Assembly (NCBI GenBank): GCA_022558485.1
Contig: CP066222.1
Coordinates: forward strand, 154,603-218,602
DNA from: a gamma proteobacterium endosymbiont of Trioza apicalis
GTDB lineage: Bacteria > Pseudomonadota > Gammaproteobacteria > Enterobacterales > G022558485
Length of the DNA stretch: 64,000 nucleotides
Direction of reading: 5' to 3'
Positions 61,009 through 64,000 of the stretch are shown here, piece after piece. Below the pieces are notes generated by a model, which was given only the letters and a program-made list of their open reading frames with translations, was not told where the DNA came from and ran no database searches. Position numbers and translations under genes: made by a program. How positions within the stretch are numbered: the first letter of the stretch is position 1; every line of letters begins with the position of its first letter.

Positions 61009-61632
61009 TTAAAAAAAAGATAAAAATCTTATTAATTCTTTAATTAAAACTAACAAAACAAAATCAAAATTAATATTAACATTATAAGATAAGTCAAATA
61101 ATTGAGTCATACTTAAACCCAAATACCCACAAGGATTAATATAACTAAAGGGTAATAAATTCATATTAATATTTAAAGCAAAACCATATAAAGAACAACC
61201 TTTACTAATACGCAAACCAATAGAACAAATTTTTTTCGCGCCAACATATACTCCAGGAGCATCGTAACAAGTATGACCTTTAATTAAAAAAAATAAAAGA
61301 GTAGATATTACTACATTCTCTAAAATAAAAATAAATTTACGTATATTTAATTTTCTACGATTCAAATCTAATAAAAAATAAACTAATTGTTGACCAGGAG
61401 AATGATATGTAATTTGACCACCTCTATCACTTTTAATAACTGGAATATTATTTATAATAAAATTATTTTTAATATTAACATAACGACCTTGTGTAAAAAC
61501 TTCAAAATGTTGAACAAACCAAATCTCATCAATACTATATTTATTACGAAATTTAGTAAAAAAATACATATCATTAACAATATTTATATATGATTTCAAA
61601 CCTAATTTACGAATAATTAAACTTTTAATCAT
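61009..61632 (-). CDS. lipB: Octanoyltransferase (lipoyl(octanoyl) transferase)
   Basis: 207-aa ORF with IWFVQHFEVFTQG, RGGQITYHSPGQ, KKICSIGLRISKGCSLYGFALNINMNL and the active-site region INPCG. Confidence 0.9.
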   Translation of the reverse strand: MIKSLIIRKLGLKSYINIVNDMYFFTKFRNKYSIDEIWFVQHFEVFTQGRYVNIKNNFIINNIPVIKSDRGGQITYHSPGQQLVYFLLDLNRRKLNIRKFIFILENVVISTLLFFLIKGHTCYDAPGVYVGAKKICSIGLRISKGCSLYGFALNINMNLLPFSYINPCGYLGLSMTQLFDLSYNVNINFDFVLLVLIKELIRFLSFF

Positions 61633-61646
61633 AATAAAATCTCTAG

Positions 61647-61910
61647 TTAAAGAATAATTTTAACTAAATCTAATTTTTTTAGTTTTATATATAATTTTTC
61701 CAATTGATAAGAATAATAAATAATAATAATAATAGATAATGAATAATATTTTTTTAAATTACTAATTTTAATATAAGATAAGTAAACATATCTAACATAA
61801 AACCTTATAATTTTAATTATTTGATAAATTAATTTTTTATAATTATTACATATAATTTTCAAAGTAAATAAACAAGGAAATTTTAATAATTTATTAAATT
61901 TATTTTTCAT
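61647..61910 (-). CDS. ybeD: YbeD-family (DUF493) small protein
   Basis: 87 aa, exactly the E. coli YbeD length and in the same position upstream of lipB. MKNKFNKLLKFPCLFTLKII matches E. coli [20 protein letters not shown], and the C-terminal KLDLVKIIL matches KIDIVRMVL. Confidence 0.7.
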   Translation of the reverse strand: MKNKFNKLLKFPCLFTLKIICNNYKKLIYQIIKIIRFYVRYVYLSYIKISNLKKYYSLSIIIIIYYSYQLEKLYIKLKKLDLVKIIL

Positions 61911-61957
61911 AAATACCTAAATATAAAATTAAAATTATTAATTAATTTTAATTATTA

Positions 61958-63760
61958 TTAAATATCAGTAATTTTTAAAAATGATAAAAATACTTCCTGA
62001 GGTAATTTAATATTACCTAATAATTTCATACGTTTTTTACCCTCTTTTTGTTTTTTTAATAATTTTTTTTTACGAGTGACATCCCCACCGTAACATTTAG
62101 CTATAACATTTTTACGTAATTGTTTTATTTTTAAAGAAAAAATAAAATTACTACCTATAGCAGCTTGAATAACAATATCAAATTGATGTCTAGGTATTAA
62201 AGATTGAAGCTTGCGAACATAATTACGACATATATATAACACATTACTACGATGTATTATTAAAGATAATGGATCTATTATTTTTTTATTTATAAAAAAA
62301 TCAACACAAACAATATCTGATATCTTGAAATATTTAAAAACATAATCAAGAGAGGCATAACCATGAGAAATAGATTTAATTTTATTAAAAAAATCATATA
62401 TTATTTCAGACATAGGTATTTCATATATAATTAATACTTGGTTGGTATAATATATTATATCAATTTGAATACCACGTTTTTTTTCACATAAAGAAATAAT
62501 ATTTCCTAAATAAATTTTAGGTGATAATATACAACATTTAGCAATTGGCTCTCTAAATTCAATAATATTATTCAAAGATTTTAATTTAATAGGATTATCA
62601 ATATATAATAATTTATTATTTTTTATTAATACTTCATAAATTAATGTTGGATTAGTAATTAACAATTCTATATTATATTCACGCTCCAATCTTTCTTTTG
62701 TAATTTCCATATGTAATAAACCAAGAAAACCACAACGAAAACCATAACCTAAACTAGAGGAAAACTCAGATTCATAAAATAAAGAAGAATCATTTAAACT
62801 AAATTTATTAAGAGCATTATAAAGTAATTTGTATTTATTAGAGTCTATAGAAAACAAACAAGCATAAACCTGAGGTTTAATTTTTTTAAAACCAGGTAAT
62901 AATTTACAGGAAGAATTATATAAATGAGTTATAGTATCACCAACTATAACACTTAAAATATCTTTAATAGAACAAATTAACCAACCAACATCACCACAAT
63001 GTAATACATCACGATCTATGAGTTTAGGTGTAAAAATACCTAATCTGTCAACATTATAGAATTTATTTGTACTAACAATTTTTATTTTATCACCTTTATA
63101 TAAGGTACCATTTTTAATACGTACCAAGATTATAACACCTAAATATTTATCAAACCAAGAATCAACAATTAAAGCTTGAAGATAATGATTAGGATCACCT
63201 ATTGGAGCAGGAATATATTTAATAATTTTTTCAACAATATTATAAATACCCTGACCATTTTTTGCTGAACAATATAATATATCATTAGAATTAATACCTG
63301 TAATATCTTGAATTTCCTTAGAAACACGGACTAAATCAGCATTTAATAAATCAATTTTATTTAATACAGGAATAACCTTTAAATTCATAGAAATAGCTAT
63401 TTTAAAATTAGCTAAAGTTTGAGCTTTAACTCCTTGGCTGGCATCAACTAAAAGTAAAGCACCCTCACAAGCAGAGAGTGATCTAGAAACTTCATAAGAA
63501 AAATCAACATGTCCAGGTGTATCAATAAAATTAAGATTATAAATTTGATTATTTAAAGAACGGTAAGTTAACATAACACTTCGTGCTTTAATAGTAATAC
63601 CTCTTTCACGTTCTAAATCCATAGAATCTAAAACTTGACATGTCATTTCACGTTTACTCAAACCACCACAAATTTGAATTAAACGATCAGATAATGTAGA
63701 CTTTCCATGATTTATATGAGCAATTATAGAAAAATTTCTTGTTTTATCCATTTTATACAC
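61958..63760 (-). CDS. lepA: Elongation factor 4 (LepA)
   Basis: 600-aa ORF with [24 protein letters not shown] and NKID, plus the LepA-specific C-terminal domain ([24 protein letters not shown]). The likely true start is MDKTRNF at 63751. Confidence 0.95.
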   Translation of the reverse strand: MYKMDKTRNFSIIAHINHGKSTLSDRLIQICGGLSKREMTCQVLDSMDLERERGITIKARSVMLTYRSLNNQIYNLNFIDTPGHVDFSYEVSRSLSACEGALLLVDASQGVKAQTLANFKIAISMNLKVIPVLNKIDLLNADLVRVSKEIQDITGINSNDILYCSAKNGQGIYNIVEKIIKYIPAPIGDPNHYLQALIVDSWFDKYLGVIILVRIKNGTLYKGDKIKIVSTNKFYNVDRLGIFTPKLIDRDVLHCGDVGWLICSIKDILSVIVGDTITHLYNSSCKLLPGFKKIKPQVYACLFSIDSNKYKLLYNALNKFSLNDSSLFYESEFSSSLGYGFRCGFLGLLHMEITKERLEREYNIELLITNPTLIYEVLIKNNKLLYIDNPIKLKSLNNIIEFREPIAKCCILSPKIYLGNIISLCEKKRGIQIDIIYYTNQVLIIYEIPMSEIIYDFFNKIKSISHGYASLDYVFKYFKISDIVCVDFFINKKIIDPLSLIIHRSNVLYICRNYVRKLQSLIPRHQFDIVIQAAIGSNFIFSLKIKQLRKNVIAKCYGGDVTRKKKLLKKQKEGKKRMKLLGNIKLPQEVFLSFLKITDI

Positions 63761-63819
63761 TTAGATTATTATCTTAATTTAATTAAAAATATTTTTAAAT
63801 AAAATTAAAATTAATAAAA

Positions 63820-64000
63820 TTATTTAAAAACATGACCCATTTTATTTATTTTAGAACTCAAATAATACAAATTATTAAAATTCTTTCCTAAAACCAAAGG
63901 TATTATTTCAATAATATTAACTCCAGATCTTATTAAGATTTTTACCTTTTCTGGATTATTAGTAAGTAATATAATTTTTTTTATACCTAAAATATTAAAT
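63820..64000 (-). CDS. ribA: GTP cyclohydrolase II, partial (C-terminal ~59 codons; 5' end lies beyond the window)
   Basis: Not in the ORF track because it is truncated by the edge. Hand translation of the minus strand gives ...GIKKIILLTNNPEKVKILIRSGVNIIEIIPLVLGKNFNNLYYLSSKINKMGHVFK-stop. The E. coli RibA C-terminus is ...[55 protein letters not shown]. Confidence 0.8.
   Translation of the reverse strand, partial: FNILGIKKIILLTNNPEKVKILIRSGVNIIEIIPLVLGKNFNNLYYLSSKINKMGHVFK

Overview
The window is a dense, extremely A+T-rich stretch, roughly 80% A+T by eye. Non-conserved proteins have drifted to Ile/Lys/Asn-rich composition. This is the signature of a strongly reduced gammaproteobacterial obligate endosymbiont chromosome. 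By hand translation and motif recognition I can support about 58 protein genes, 11 tRNAs, RNase P RNA (rnpB) and 4.5S/SRP RNA (ffs). I saw no rRNA, CRISPR array, IS element or prophage.

Gene order is a collapsed version of classic E. coli-type operons, with internal genes deleted (brackets mark what is missing at each locus):
- argX-hisR-[leuT]-proM
- metY-[rimP-nusA]-infB
- rpmH-rnpA-[yidD]-yidC-mnmE
- rpsU-dnaG-rpoD
- rpmF-[plsX-fabHDG]-acpP
- leuS-[lptE]-holA-[nadD]-rsfS
- rsmH-[whole dcw cluster]-secA
- rpsL-rpsG-fusA-[tufA]
- sufABCDSE, intact
- dnaX-[ybaB-recR]-htpG
- ybeD-lipB

The most interesting signal is replication-related.
- A 320-aa ORF with the motif pattern of plasmid iteron-type initiators (Rep_3 / RepE / pi family) starts 8 nt after the rpoD stop codon. 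It looks like a fourth gene of the primase/sigma-70 operon.
- The conserved dnaA position next to rpmH is empty.
- A 163-aa Lys/Asn-rich ORF with a DUF721/DciA-like pattern lies divergent from secA, where the dcw cluster used to be.
- dnaX encodes only a gamma-length product.

Together these suggest a non-canonical replication-initiation set-up. This is a hypothesis that needs profile searches and whole-genome context.

All identifications come from reading the sequence and from remembered family motifs. No database search was run.
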